From Chiloscyllium plagiosum (taxonomy: Eukaryota): 64,000 bases of DNA. Shown in pieces: positions 26,201 to 39,763 of the stretch. Within the stretch, counting starts at the first letter, position 1. Every line of letters begins with the position of its first letter. The stretch covers positions 56,560,606-56,624,605 of the forward strand of contig NC_057719.1 of the NCBI RefSeq assembly GCF_004010195.1, given 5' to 3'. Under the pieces are notes generated by a model. The model saw only the letters and a program-made list of their open reading frames with translations. It was not told the origin of the DNA and made no database searches. Both the position numbers and the translations under genes were made by a program.

Positions 26201-27140
26201 AATGGTGAAGTTTTCCAATGATACGAAGTTAGGTGGACAGGCAGGTAACACTGAGGAGGTGGGGAAGCTGCATAAAGATTAAGATAGTTTAGAAGAGTGG
26301 TCCAGGAAATGGCTGTTGAAATTCAACGTGAGCAAATGTGAGGTCTTGTACTTTGGAAAAAAGATTACAGGCATGGACTGTTTTCTAAACAGTGAGAAAA
26401 TTCATAAAGCCAAAGTACTAAGGGACCTAGGAGTGCTAGCCCAGGATTGTCTAAAGGTTGACTTGCAGGTTGAGTCCATGGTTAAGAAAGCAAATGTAAT
26501 GTTGTCATTTAACTCAAGAGGATTGGAATATAAAAGCAGCGATGTGCTTCTGAGACTTTATAAAGCTCTAGTTAGGCCCCATTTAGAGTACTGTGTCCAG
26601 TTTTGAGCCCCACACCTCAGGAAGGACATACTGGCACTGGAGCATGTCCAGCAGAGATTCACACAGATGATTGCTGGAATGGTAGACCTAACATACGATG
26701 AATGGCTCAGGAACCTGGGATTACATTCATTAGAGTTTAGAAGGTTTAGGGGAGATCTCATATAAACTTACAAGATAATGCATGGCTTAGAAAGGGTGGA
26801 AGCTGGGAAGTTGTTTTCGTTAGGCGGGGACACTAGGACCTGTGGGCATAGCCTTAGAATTATAGGGGGTCAATATAGAATGGAAATGAGGAGACATTTA
26901 TTCAGCCAGAGAGTGGTGGGCCTGTGGAATTCATTGTCAGAGAATGCAGTAGAAGCCGGGACTTTAAATGTCTTCATTCAGAGATTGACAAATTCTTGAT
27001 CTCACAAGGAATTAAGGGCTGCAGGGAGAGTGCGGGTAAGTGGAGTTGAAATGTCCATCAGCCATGATTAAATTATGGAGTGGACTTGATGGGCCGAATG
27101 GCCTTACTTCGACTCTTATGTGTTATGGTCTTATGGTCTT
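23215..27140 (+). mobile_element. Near full-length CR1 LINE with leucine-zipper + SGNH esterase ORF1 and EN/RT ORF2 (disrupted)
   Basis: ORF1: HICSK..LLEEL..RIDDLESEL, VVLGDSIIRG, CLHGARV, DGLQLN; ORF2: YLNARSI, GITEMW, YRPP, GSDH, NYRPISLTS, YLDFQ, GVPQGS; (TTATGGTC)n tail. Confidence 0.93.
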
Positions 27141-27174
27141 ATTCAGGACAAATGAATCCCACAAATTTTCTTCA

Positions 27175-27450
27175 AAGGATGTTGTCAGGGTTGGAGCTAT
27201 AGGGAGAGGTTGGATAGGCTGGGGCTGTTTTCCCTGGAGTGTTGGAGGCTGAGGGGTGACCTTACAGAGGTTTATAAAATCATGAGGGGTATGGATAGGA
27301 TAAATAGACAAAGTATCTTCCCTGGGGTGGGGGAGTCCAGAACTAGAGGGCATAGCTGGCAGGTGGGACTAGATTGGGTTGGGATATCTGGTCATCATGG
27401 ATGAATTGGACTGAAGGGTCAGTTTCTGTGCTGTACATCTCTATGACGCT
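27175..27450 (+). mobile_element. CR1 3' fragment
   Basis: RLGLFSLECWRLRGDL...RTRGH and ctgtacatctctatgac tail. Confidence 0.85.
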
Positions 27451-29213
27451 AGTGAAATATGATTTCTCACGCACAAAGCCATGCTGACTATCCCTAATCA
27501 GTCCATGCCTTTCCAACTATGTAGTATGATGGATGGCAAAGCAGTGCACGTGTAGAGTTAGAGTTATTATAATAATTTAGATAGATATATTGTACATTTT
27601 CTTTGGTGGTTTGATTAAACTAAAGTTTAGCTACAGTAGTGCATGTGCTTGTCATTGAAGCACAATGCATTACTGAAGAATTTACACCTGTTGTGATAGT
27701 AACATGATAACTAATAGGAATAATGTGAATCTGGTTATCTGGCTTTTTGAAAATTCTGTGCCTGCTGTGCATCTGTTTCCTTGCAATTTTTCAGAACTCT
27801 GTGATTTGGTTTTTCAGGAAATCCTTGTTCACCACTATTGTTCAGGCCAGCAATAAGAGCAACTATGGGTTGCAGTTGATAACTTTGGCATTTAAGTAGA
27901 TATTAATAGAAGATCTTCCAAGTTGTAAAGTTAATGCTTTAACCATGGTTGAAACTAAGGAATTCATAAATGCTGATATTCAGCTTCTAATGTAGGTTCT
28001 AAATGGTTTGCATTCTCTCTCAGATTGCTGCATATAGTAATGTGAAGCAATGGATTAATCAAATATCCTGTTATTATACATTTGACAGCAATTAGTATAT
28101 CCTTCTTAGGGGATTGGGAAGCATACTGAATTCTGAGTCTTCTTTATTTGAGCCTCTTGGACTGTGAGTAGCATGTAGCAAGTCAACATCACTGTGAAGC
28201 AGACTGGGAGAGCAGATCTGTGCGAGAACGGCAATGGTGGCAGGAGGTAAAATCAGGTGGCAGAGAGCTCCTTCAACCTGCTTTTAGCTGTGACAGTATA
28301 ATGTCACAGGAAACCAAGTAGGTGATTGGTGAGCATTTCCTCTATGTCTCTTTTGATTGTCTAAAATGTTATTACAGCTGAAGTGTGCAGTTGGAAAATT
28401 CACTTTTAAAATAGTTAACATCCAAATTAATTAACCATGAAGATTAAGATGGCCAGGAAGGCAATGTGCTGGCACTGGTTGGATGGTGAATTAGTCAGTC
28501 AAAGGAAGAACCTGTGCTAACCAGCCAATCACAGAGGACATTGATTGAAAAGAAAAAAAGGAGAGAATTGGTTCTGACTGGGTTTGCCATGAGATGATGT
28601 GATGCTGGAAGCTTTTGGAGACTCTCTTTTTATGTTTTGCTTTCTCTCTAGTTTTTCTGCAGTTGTTGAATTGTTGAATAGTCTGAGGAATGAATCCCAG
28701 TTTGTAAGAAATAAACACATTTTTCTGGAAGTCTGTTGAAACTATTTGCATTCACTGATGACTTTGTAATTCCACAAAGATAAACAGTTCCTCTTTCCTG
28801 TGAAGAACCCATTGTCCTGTGAAGAACCCATTGTCCAAGATTTTCATGAAGGCCTGGTGTCCATCATTTGAACTGCAATTCTTTTAGTTTCATTTTTGAT
28901 TGATCCTTTAACTGCATCTGTCTATTTTTCTGTGTGAATAGGGGTTATGACCAAAGAAGATTGGGCTTTAGATTGTAGATATTAATTAGATTAACTTATT
29001 GTTTATTTGTGTTCTGCTAAACTTACCACATTAATAGTAAGTTGTTAATTTGGGAAAGTTATAAATTGTGTGTCCAAGATCTGTTACTCATGAAATCTGG
29101 TTAGGAACGATTGGACAATTTTTGTGTTGAATTGAATGTTTTAAGTTCACAGTGTTCCAAATCCAAAGATAGTGAGGCTAATTTGGTTTGGCTTGCTATC
29201 CTGTATTGTAACA

Positions 29214-30060
29214 ATGTGCAACAAATAATTAAGAAGGCAAATAGAATTTTGGTGATTGGAGTTTAAAAATGGAGAAATGTTGTTGCAACTACATAGGGTA
29301 TTAGTGAGAAGAGATTAGAGTGGTGCTGGAAAAGCAAAGCAGGTCAGCTCATCACCATTCCTGATGAGGAGCTCCTGCCCGAAACATTGATTTTCCTACT
29401 CCTTGGATGCTGCCTGACCTGCTGTGCTTTTCCAGCACCACTCTAGTCTTGTCTCTAATCTCCAGCATCTGCAGTCCTTACTTTCGCCTAGGGTATTAGT
29501 GAGGCCATATATGGAGTTCTGCGGGGTTTTGGTTCCCATATTTAAAAAAGCATTGGAGACAGTTCAAAAGAGAATCACTAGGCTGACTCCTGGGATGAAC
29601 GGGTTGACTTATCAAGAATAGTAACAAGTTAAACTTTTATTCATTAGAGTTCAGAAGAATGAGGGGTGATTCTATTGAAATGTGCTGGATTCTGAGGGGG
29701 TTTGACAGATTAGATGTTGCAAAAATGTTTTCATTCATGGGAGAATCTCGAACTCGGGGATGTGGTTACACAATAACGGAACAGTTATTTAAAACTGAGA
29801 TATGAAGGAATTTCTTCTCCAAGAGGCTTGTGAATATCTAGAATTTTCTATCCAGACAGTGGCAGAGGCTAGATTACTGCAAGTATTTAAAGAGGAGGTA
29901 AATAAACTTTTGAAATTTTGAAAAGTTGAGGGCTATGAGGAGCTGGCATGAAAGAAGAGTTGTGACCTGTGGCAGATCAGCAAATATCTTGTTGAATAAC
30001 AAGGTAGGTTTGGGGTGTGAATGGCCTGCTGCTCCTACTACTCCTATTTCATATGTTCAT
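29214..30060 (+). mobile_element. Old CR1 3' fragment interrupted by hammerhead cassette
   Basis: LVRPYMEFC, RRMRGD and aggaatttcttctc motifs. Confidence 0.8.
29309..29488 (+). mobile_element. Hammerhead cassette (short inverted piece + forward copy) with 15-bp TSD
   Basis: TSD tagggtattagtgag at 29294-29308 and 29489-29503; core CTGATGA G GAGC-tcct-GCCC GAAA CATT from 29361. Confidence 0.85.
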
Positions 30061-30604
30061 ATTCAGTCCAGACTAAAGAGACCAAATACGCTGGCTGTAG
30101 GGAATGTATATGAATGCAGCCTCAGTCCAGTACTTGTATACATAAATCCACAACAGAAAAGTGAAACTAGTTCAGCTGTAGCTCACACATTCACTAACAA
30201 AAACCACAGGATGTCAGGTGTGGGCAAAGAGAGAGAGATTTCATGTTGTTGCAGTAGGTGTTGTTCTTGGGGATATTGTTAGAGTGTAACTTTGCATCAG
30301 AGTAGGTTATACCATTGCTGTGTCCAAGGAGACAATATCATAATCACCCGCAAGTTGCCTTGGTGTATCTTTTCTGTTTTTATTTTAAACCTTGATAATC
30401 AGAAACATTTCTTTTAGATTTGTGTATTTAGACATATAAATAACATTTTGCGCCTATCAAAGGAGCCATGCCAAGAAGGTTAGAAAGATTAAGAGAGTTC
30501 CATGAACAAAACTGCACTGAAGAAGGGTTACTGGGCTCAAAATATTAACTCTGAATTCTCTTCACAGATGCTGCCAGACAATTTTTTGTTTTTCTTTCAG
30601 ATAC

Positions 30605-30890
30605 AGGTGGCACTGTTGCCTCACAGCACCAGGGGCCTGGGTTCAATTTGTTGAGTGCTAGTTTGTGCAGAGTTTGCTTGTTCTTTCTATGTCTGCATGG
30701 GTGCTCTGGTTTCCTCCTACAGTCCAAAGATGTGCCGGTTAGGTGGATTGGCCATAGTGTCCAGGAATGTGTAGGTTATGTGGATTAGCCATGGGAAATG
30801 CAGGGGTTGGGGAATGTTCTGGGTGGGATGCTCTACAGAGGGTCAGTGTGGACTTGATGGGCTGCTTGTACACTTAGAGATTCTACATTC
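30605..30890 (+). mobile_element. HE1/V-SINE-like SINE, inside a decayed pLTR-like cassette starting ~30515
   Basis: gcctcacagcaccaggg...ggtttcctcctacagtccaaagatgtg; flanks ctgaagaagggtt...cacagatgctgccagac and cagcatctgc. Confidence 0.7.
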
Positions 30891-32694
30891 AGCATCTGCC
30901 CTTCTTTGTTTTACTCTTTCACTTTATACCTGCTCAACCCCCTTTCTATCCTTCCTAATGTATGCTACTCAGAATTGGCACAATTTACCTTTAACATGTC
31001 CTTTCTAATTTTAATTTATCCCCCCATAGTTTTCAATAACAAAAGTGACCTGCATTGATATAATACATTTAGCATAATAAAACATTTCAAAGCACTCAAC
31101 AGAGACGTTGTAAAACTCTAATGAAACTAAGTCACTTTAGATATTTGGACAAGTAATCTAAAGTTGATCAGAGACAGGTTTTATCACTATCTTAAAGGAG
31201 AAAAACAAAAAAACTTATAAAAAGAATTCAAGAACATTATGCCTAGGGAACTGAAGGCATTGGGAAGCATGTATAATTGGGGCAGTAAAGTACTAAGAAT
31301 TCAAACTCTCTCGAATGAGCTGAAGGAGATTACAGAAATACGAGGCATCAGGCCATGGAAGGATTAGAAAACGAGAGTGAACATCTTAAGAAACTGTTTA
31401 ACGAGGAAGCAGTATGGTTAAGCTCAGAGATAATAGGTGAACGGCACTTGGTGTGAGTTTCAGATAATGCCAAGTTTAAAGAGTGAAGAATTGGGAGGCC
31501 ACAAGGTGTCTGTTACATTAGTTAAATCCAAAGGTAACAATGGATGAAGATATCAGCAGTAAAGGAACTGAGACAGGATTAGATTATGGCAATATTGCAG
31601 AGATAAAAACAGTTTCAGTGTTGATGTAGATATATTGTTGAAACCTTATCTAAAGGTCAGATATGATTCCATAGTTCTGAATGGTCTGGGTCAAGTGCAG
31701 ACAGTGGCAAAAAGATAGTATCTATTTGTAGTGAGAAAGTGGGGTGTGTGTTGAGAACACAATGGCTTCAGTTTTTCCAGTATTTAATTGGAGCAAATGC
31801 CTTAGTCAGCAAAGATATTTTAAATGTCTATATTGCAACCTACATTCTACTGAGAAAAGTCAATATGTTTTGACACTTTATGACAGGTTGACCCTTATTG
31901 ATGCTTCTTGATTATTTGATGTTTGTCAACACTCGTTAACACTTCTGGTTAGTTCTTAGCAAGTTGTAAAGTTCCAAGGTGTACTTGTGCTACAATGCTT
32001 CACCTCTCCAATGAACAGTCCCTAAGAGCCCCTGAACAACTCCCTGCACAGAATTGCTGATGTGCATCTCTAAAAGAAATGCACTGAGAACAGACCTACT
32101 GTTACTTGGTTTAATCTCCACACTCCAGACACAGTAGAGGAGATTTGCGCAGGGGTAGAGTCGGTCACTCTTCCTTACATCTTTTTGGCTTAGTGTCAAT
32201 AGCGTCATGGATGGTTTCTCTCTGCATGGCCTAGTGAGAGCTCTTGCTGAATCTTACCAAACTCACCTCATTAATACATACACTGCCCCAATTGTGCCAC
32301 TCTCACCCAATTCTAGCCCCATTTTACTGTGCATTGTTCCTAGAAGAACTCACTACTGCTCTGATATCCTGGCATCTCTGGCACCACAACTGATATAGAA
32401 GCCCATAGTGTAACTGGCCAAGCACTGTCAATTGAGAGCTGCCCTGCAAGGTATCTGTCATTTGCCCTGGACAATGCACATTTCCAAGGATGTTACCAAG
32501 ACTGGAGAGTTTGAGTTATAAGCAGTGGCTGGATAGCTGTGATTTTTTTTCATGGAATGCAGGAGGTTGAGGGCTGACCTTATACAGTAGAGGTTTATAA
32601 AATCATGAGGAGCACAGATATGGTGAATAGCAAAGATTTTTTTCCCTGGGACGGAAGAGTTCAAAACGAGAGGGCATAGTTTTAAGATGAGAGA

Positions 32695-33765
32695 ATTGAA
32701 TTGAATTTGAATTTGTCATGTGTACTGAGGCACAGTCAAAAGCTTTGTCTTGCGAGCAATACGGGCAGATCAGAGTTAAGTAGCATAGATAAGTAAATAA
32801 TAGGCAAACAGCGTCAAAAACAAAAACACAGGGACAGGCAAATGTTAAGAGTTTGTGAGTCCATTTAGTATTCTGACAGTAGGGTAGAAACCTTTTCGAA
32901 ACCGGCTGGTGCGTGTGTTCAGGCTTCTGTACCTTCTCTCCGATGGGAGAAAGTGAAGACTTCAGATGTTAGAGATCAGAGTCGAGAGTGTGATGCTGGA
33001 AAAGCACAGCCGATCAGGCAGTATCCGAGGAGTGGCAGAATCGACATTTCGGGCATAAGCCCTTCATCAGAAATCTGAATTCCTGATGAAGGGCTTATGC
33101 CCGAAATTTCGATTCTCCTGCTATTTGGATGCTGCCTGGCCGGCTGTGCTTTTCCAGAACCACACTCTTCTCCCCAATGGTAGAGGTTGTAGAAAAAATT
33201 GCCAGGTCGGATGGATCTTTGAGAATGCTGGCGGCCTTCCCTTGACAGTGGGCCTGGTAGATGGATTCTATAGATGGGAAGTTGGCCTTTGTGAATGTCT
33301 GAGCCGAGTTTACCACTCTCTGTAACTGTCTCCAATCTTGAATGGTACAGTTGCCATACCAGGTAGTGATACATCCAGACAGAATGCTCTCGATGGCTCA
33401 CCTATAAAAGTTGGCAAGGGTATTCGTATCATGCCAAATTTCCTCAGCTACCTGAGGAAGAAGAGACATTGTTGGGCCTTTGTAACTAGTGCGTCCACAT
33501 GAACAGTCCAAGAGAGCTTGTTGTGGATGACCACTCCCAGGAGCTTGACACTGTCCACTTATTCCACCTCTGTGCTGTTAATGTGTAACATCCCGTTGAA
33601 AGTCAATAAAGTGTTCCTCGGTGATGCCGGCATTGAGAACAAGGTTGTTTTCAGTGCATCATTTTCCAGGTCTTCCACCTCCCATTTGTAGTCTGTTTCA
33701 TTGCCATCTGAGATTCGATGGACTGTGGTGGTGTCATCAACAAACCTGTAAATGGCATTAGTGTG
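32695..33765 (-). mobile_element. Rex1/Babar-type LINE 3' fragment
   Basis: NAIYRFVDDTTTV.RISDGNETDYKWEVEDL; (ATTCA)n tail preceded by gcttttgactgtgcctcagtacacatgaca. Confidence 0.8.
32947..33166. mobile_element. Head-to-head inverted pair of hammerhead cassettes with 14-bp TSD
   Basis: Minus core 33043-33070 and plus core 33083-33110 (CTGATGA A GGGC-ttat-GCCC GAAA); TSD cttctctccgatgg 32933-32946 / cttctccccaatgg 33167-33180. Confidence 0.88.
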
Positions 33766-34009
33766 GAGCAAGATTTAAAAGGGACCTGAGGGGCAACTAT
33801 TTCACACAGATGGTGGTTTGTGTGTGGAATGAACTGCCAGAGGAAGTGGTAGATGCAGGTACAGTTGTAACATTTGGAAGACATTTGGGCAGATACATGA
33901 ATAGGAAAGGTTTGGAGGGATAGGGACAAATGCTGGCAATTGGGACTAGTTTAGTTTGGGAAACTTGGTCAGTATGGACAAGTTAGATGGAATGCCTCTA
34001 TAATGCTGA

Positions 34010-34210
34010 TCCAGTTTTCAGCTAGGTCCCTCTGGATGGGGTTGTACAGAAAGTGGGATGTCCTCTTCAACAAGACCAACAGTGAAGACCATAACACCAG
34101 ACCTCCTGGCCTTGTCCATCATTGCCACCCAGGTCAGTGCAGTCTCACCTGTCTGGAGAAATGTACAGACTGTAGGAAAACGTTCAATTATGTTTTCCGT
34201 TCTGACAGTG
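34010..34210 (+). pseudogene. Decayed Myb/SANT-like domain exon, probably Harbinger accessory gene
   Basis: Across frames FSARSL..DVLF..TRP..QVSAVSPVWRN..CRKTFN, followed by GTAAGT. Confidence 0.55.
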
Positions 34211-37044
34211 TAAGTGCCACTATCTTCTCTTTGTTACCTTACATTCACTCTAGACCTACTGCTGCTCCACCCCCCCACCAAGGTCAAAAACTACTCCCTG
34301 CAGTATCTTTCCTCATCCAAACCCGACCCACAACACCATGAACTCTGCATGCCCTCTGCACCACCTACTCACTCACTGGGAGACCTCTCCACCCACACCA
34401 AATGTGAAAGCTGTGCCATCCACTTTTATCTCCTTCCTGCCTTTCTCTCATTGCAGAGAGAAACAGCCCAGAGCAGGGCAGAAAGAATCAAGACAGGTGT
34501 GGGGCTGCCTGACATATTGCTCCTCACCCCCTTATGTGGAAAGAATCCTGATTCTGACTGCCCCTTACAACTGACTGACCGTATCTAAACCCCTGACAGG
34601 CTGCCCCTGACGTACTATACCAGGACACCTATTTCCCTTGATTTGACTGAGGCCTACTGAGAAGCTTCCTGGCTATGTGTGTGTGTGCTGAATGAGCGTG
34701 GCATGGCAAGACAGCAATACTGTGAGTCTGATATCTCTGGCTGAGGGGGAAAAGCACAAAAATACATGGTAAGGCAATGCAAGGCAGGGATGCTGTGACA
34801 CCCAAATAGGTTCAGAGTGAATGAGCACCATCACATTGAGCAAAGAGCCCAGAGATGCAGCCTGATCCAGTCCCTGAGCAGGATACATGTCCCTGAATGC
34901 ACAGTGATTCTGCAGCAGCATTACAATAATAGTTGCCAGTACAGTCCAAGGTGCAGCATTGAAGTGCAGAAGCATACTATAAATGTTTTGGAGATGTACC
35001 TGTGGATTCTTAGAGTCTGGCATATATCAAGTGCCAATGTCCATGGATATAGGGTCCACGTGACCAATGCCCATGTCCAAAGTATTCGTGCCCAGTATCC
35101 AACATGGAAGTCCCATGGAACAAGCTGTAAGTTCCCAAATTCTGAATCCTCCCCACCCCAAACAAAGCATTTCTCATTTTTGTGGGGGGTGAAAGAGGGG
35201 AATGTTGTCAGTTTGCACATATGAAAATCCTGGAACTCCCTTCCTAATAGCACTGTGTGTGTTCCCTTTACTCCAAGAAATGCCAATGGTTCAAGAAGGC
35301 AGCTCTTTGTCAGCTTTGAGGGCAATTAGGAATGTGCATTCTGACCTAACTAGGGACATCCATTACCTCATGTGGATAAAATAAAAGTCTCTGTCAAACA
35401 CTTTGGGACATTTTATGATGTTTAAGTTGCTACATAAACATAAGTTGTTGTAGTCATTATTGACCATAAGATGAAGCTACTCTGTCATTCTTAGGTGAGC
35501 TTTTATATGTAATATGGAAGGGGTGGAGTCAAGAATGTGGGAGTCATAAAAATTGCTGCCAATGACGAGAAAGGAAATTTCAGACTCTTGACATTCAATA
35601 GATTAGAAATCATACTCATTAGAAACCAGATATAACTTTGCAGTTCTGCAAGTGGAAAAAACAACCTTTATGACTGTCTCTCTGAATTTAGTGCAATTAA
35701 GAATAAGGAAATGCCAAAAATCATTTACTTAAGAATATTGTATTTCTGCCTGAATTGGTTATGTGGACAGTACAGAAGCTTTCATGTGATGCCTCTGTTA
35801 ACTTGTAACTATTGCTTTTATTTTTGATGTGCTTAGTTACTTCCTCTGAGCTGGTAGTCACGGAAGTATGAGGCTGATCACTTGAAAGGCTGGTGCTCTT
35901 TACAAAGGTATATCTGAGAGGAAATTTATTTGAGTGGAAATTTTGATGGTACTTTCTACATAGATTAGTTTACTCATTTCTATTCGAGCATTTGGAAAGA
36001 ATGGGGCTACAGTCTCTGTACAGAAACTGCTCAGATGTAGAGAGAATTACCAGGCTAATATTTTGCATAGTGTAGGTTTGCTGATGAAGATCGAAATGGG
36101 GACATTTTTCTACATTTGGTGTGTAACTGATGGTTGGAACTTAACATTTAAAAACCTTTTTACACACCAAAATGAATCCATGGGTAACTTAAAGGAATTT
36201 GAAGAGTTTAAGACATTGAACCGTAACTTGCTTACCAGATTTGTCTGACATTTTCCATCCATCAGTAATAGTGTGAATTAGTGAATGAATAAAAAGATGT
36301 TGTTTCCATAGTCTTGCAAAAACAATGTACAAAACAATTCCCCATATACAAAGGGGACATAATATTAATACTAATATTAACAAAATATTATACACAGTCT
36401 AGGAGTCAGGAATGGGGATTCAAAGAGATTTCTTCTCCTCAGAGTGGTAGATTTGTTACTTCAGGCTGCTAACTAGATTGGTCTCAGGCTTAACACCAAG
36501 CCTATGATAAGTTAATCAATTTTAGCAACGGTTTCTCATGATTGTTGTACATTCAGTTCTGTTAACATGAGCATGGGGACAACATTTGACAAGAGCAAAG
36601 TCAGGTTTACCACTGATGCCCCCAGAGTGACCAGTCCCCAGCATCTATGATGGTCACATATAAATAATGATTCTTTGTATGAGCTTCTGCAAAGTAGAAG
36701 TGTCAATGGAATTAAGCTAGATAAATCCTTTATTAGGGAATACTATAATGACCAAAAATCTGATATTCATTGAATAGACAGGAAGTGCCAAACTCAACAT
36801 TATATTTGGAAGTATTGAATAGTGATGCATTTCCTTGAATTGTTTCAGAGCATAGGAATGGAACAGATACTGTCTAAAGTAGTACATTTGGCACTTTAGG
36901 CCTGCTCCAACACACAACTCTGATGATGACTGATCTACTAATTCTTACCAATTTTTCCATATTCATTCATTTTCTTGGTATTCCAAAATAATTCTCATCT
37001 CAATCTAGTATGTCAATCAACCCCCCAACTCTAATGACTACCCA

Positions 37045-37159
37045 ATGACAACTCCCGCATCCCAAAATCTTTTCTGTGGAGTCACAGTTTCAGAATGAAG
37101 AGTCTTCATTCTGAGACTATGACTCCACAGAGAAGGTTTTGGGCTGCAGCAGCTGTCAT
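37045..37159. repeat. 115-bp near-perfect palindrome centred on G37102
   Basis: cccaaaatcttttctgtggagtcacagtttcagaatgaaga-g-tcttcattctgagactatgactccacagagaaggttttggg. Confidence 0.92.
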
Positions 37160-37699
37160 CAGGTTAACTCAGTCGGCTGGATGAATGGTTTACAACACAG
37201 GGATGCAAACAGAGGGGGTTCAATTCCCGTACTAGCTGAATTTACCATGAAGAACTCTCCTTCTCAACCTCTCTACTCAAATGAGTCATGGTGACCTCTC
37301 AGGTTAAACCACCATCAATCATCTCTTTCCAATGCGGGAGCAGCCCAACATTCCCGTAGGCCAATGGTGACTTTAATGTAGAGACCCAAGTTAATGCCCC
37401 TGAGAACATTGCTTCAGATCCCACCACTGCAACTAGTGCAATTTAAATTTAATTAATAATTGTAATGGTGTCATGTAATCATTGTCAATTGTTGTAAAAA
37501 GCCTCATGTGTCCTTCACAAATGTCCTTTAGGAAAATAAACCTGCTGCTGTTACCTGACTCACATGTGACTCCAGATGATACCATAATAATGTAGTTGAC
37601 TCGAATTGACCTCTAAACTGAGCAAACTACTCAAGGAGAATTAAGCACGGGCAACAAATGGAGCCTTGCCAGTGACACCATGTCCCATGAAAGAATTTC

Positions 37700-38410
37700 A
37701 AAGAAGTTTTATGTTGCCCAACCAGAAGAAACCACCATCTTGGCAAGCCTGTAAAGAATATTATATGTTTCAATTAGATCACTTCACATTCTTCTAAGGT
37801 CCAGGAAATATAGCCCTAATCTCCTCACTCTCTCCTCAGAAAAGTCCCTTCATTTCAGAAACTGGTTTGTATTTGTTGCACTTCCTCATAGATGAATGTT
37901 CCTTCCTTGTAAAGAGAAAAAAGACTGCTCATAACATTCCAGATGTGAACTCACCAATATCCAGTATTGTATTACTTTTATGCTCCAATCCTTTTACAAC
38001 GAAAGTTAACAGACTAATGCATTCCTAATTGTTTACTGTACCTGTATGTTAACTTCATGTGATTCATAGATAAGGACACTCAGATCCAGATAAATACGGA
38101 CACTACCCAATTAGTCAACATTGAAAGAATATTCTGCTTTTGTATTTTTCTACCAAAATGGATGACTTCACTCATCCACATTGTATTGCATCTGTCGTGC
38201 GCTTGTGAACTCATGCAATTTATCTTTATCCCTCTGCAATCATTTTATGTATTCGTCACCAGAAACCATTTCCCATTGAACTTTATATCACCTGCCAAGG
38301 AGAACTCTTGATTTGGTTCGCTAATGTAAGTTATGAATAAAGATTGCAAATAGCGGTAGGCCAGTATTGATCAATGTGATACTCATTAGATATAATCTGC
38401 CAAACCAAAT
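37700..38410 (-). mobile_element. Old CR1 fragment
   Basis: tagatcacttcacattcttcta, cattccagatgtgaactcacca, gcattcctaatt motifs. Confidence 0.6.
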
Positions 38411-39287
38411 ATGTACTCTCTAAGATGGCAGTGGTGGAGTGGGCAGTGTATGGGCTCCTGTGCCCAGGCTTGTCTTCTTTGTCTTAATTTTGTTTCTTTT
38501 TCTTTTTCCGTTTACCCTTTTTTCCCTCAAACTTACCTCATAAAGAGAGTTTTTCGGCAGGAGGCAGCTTTGATGGGCTCAGGAGTGGCATAACCAGAGC
38601 CAGTGTGACTACAGAGTTGGTTGGCCTACCTGTGAAGCCTGGAAAAGGACTCTCGTGGAGTGGGCCCCAATGGTGGCATGGTGTGGGCTGGTGTAGCCCA
38701 GAACAGGACACTCTCAGTGGCATGGTGTGAGCTGGTGTAGCCTGGAGTGGGACACTCTCAGTGGCATAATGTGGGCTGGTATAGTCTGGAGCGGGATACT
38801 CACAGTGGCATGGTGTGGGAAGGTGTAGCCTGCAGCGGGACACTCTCAGTGGCATGGTGTGGACTGGTGTAGCCTGCAGCGGGACACTCTCAGTGGCATG
38901 GTGTGGGCTGGTGTAGCCTGGAGCGGGACACTCTCAGTGGCATGGTGTGGGCTGGTGTAGCCTGGAGTGGGACACTCTCCATGGCATAGTGTGGGCTGGT
39001 GTAGCCTGCAGCGGGACACTCTCAGTGGCATGGTGTGGGCTGGTGTAGCCTGGAGCGGGACACTCTCAGTGGCATAGTGTGGGCTGGTGTAGCCTGGAGC
39101 TGGAGACTCTCAGTGGCATGGTGTGGGCTGGTGTAGCCTGGAGCGGGTCATTCTCAGTGGCATGGTGTGGGCTGGTGTAGCCTGGAGCGGGTCATTCTCA
39201 GTGGCATGGTGTGGGCTGGTGTAGCCTGGAGCGGGTCATTCTCAGTGGCATGGTGTGGGCTGGTGTAGCCTGGAGTGGGACACTCTC

Positions 39288-39676
39288 NNNNNNNNNNNNN
39301 NNNNNNNNNNNNNNNNNNNNNNNNNNNNNNNNNNNNNNNNNNNNNNNNNNNNNNNNNNNNNNNNNNNNNNNNNNNNNNNNNNNNNNNNNNNNNNNNNNNN
39401 NNNNNNNNNNNNNNNNNNNNNNNNNNNNNNNNNNNNNNNNNNNNNNNNNNNNNNNNNNNNNNNNNNNNNNNNNNNNNNNNNNNNNNNNNNNNNNNNNNNN
39501 NNNNNNNNNNNNNNNNNNNNNNNNNNNNNNNNNNNNNNNNNNNNNNNNNNNNNNNNNNNNNNNNNNNNNNNNNNNNNNNNNNNNNNNNNNNNNNNNNNNN
39601 NNNNNNNNNNNNNNNNNNNNNNNNNNNNNNNNNNNNNNNNNNNNNNNNNNNNNNNNNNNNNNNNNNNNNNNNNNNN
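39288..39676. other. Assembly gap
   Basis: Run of N. Confidence 1.
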
Positions 39677-39763
39677 CCCTGGTTGCTGCCTGACCTGCTG
39701 TGCTGTTCCAGCAATAAAGTTTCAACTTTGATCTCCAGCATCTGCAGACCTCACTTTCTCCTC
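39677..39763 (+). mobile_element. 3' part of hammerhead cassette emerging from gap
   Basis: Near-identical to the 3' part of 7327-7459. Confidence 0.85.

Larger units (their letters stand above)
32480..34000 (+). mobile_element. CR1 3' end split by a Rex/Babar insertion
   Basis: CR1 sequence at 32480-32694 continues at 33766 (agatttaaaagggacctgaggggcaac...). Confidence 0.8.

Noticed and set aside
27805..27870. GNPCSPLLF-like RT motif
   Set aside because: Too short and degenerate to call; at most an ancient LINE trace.
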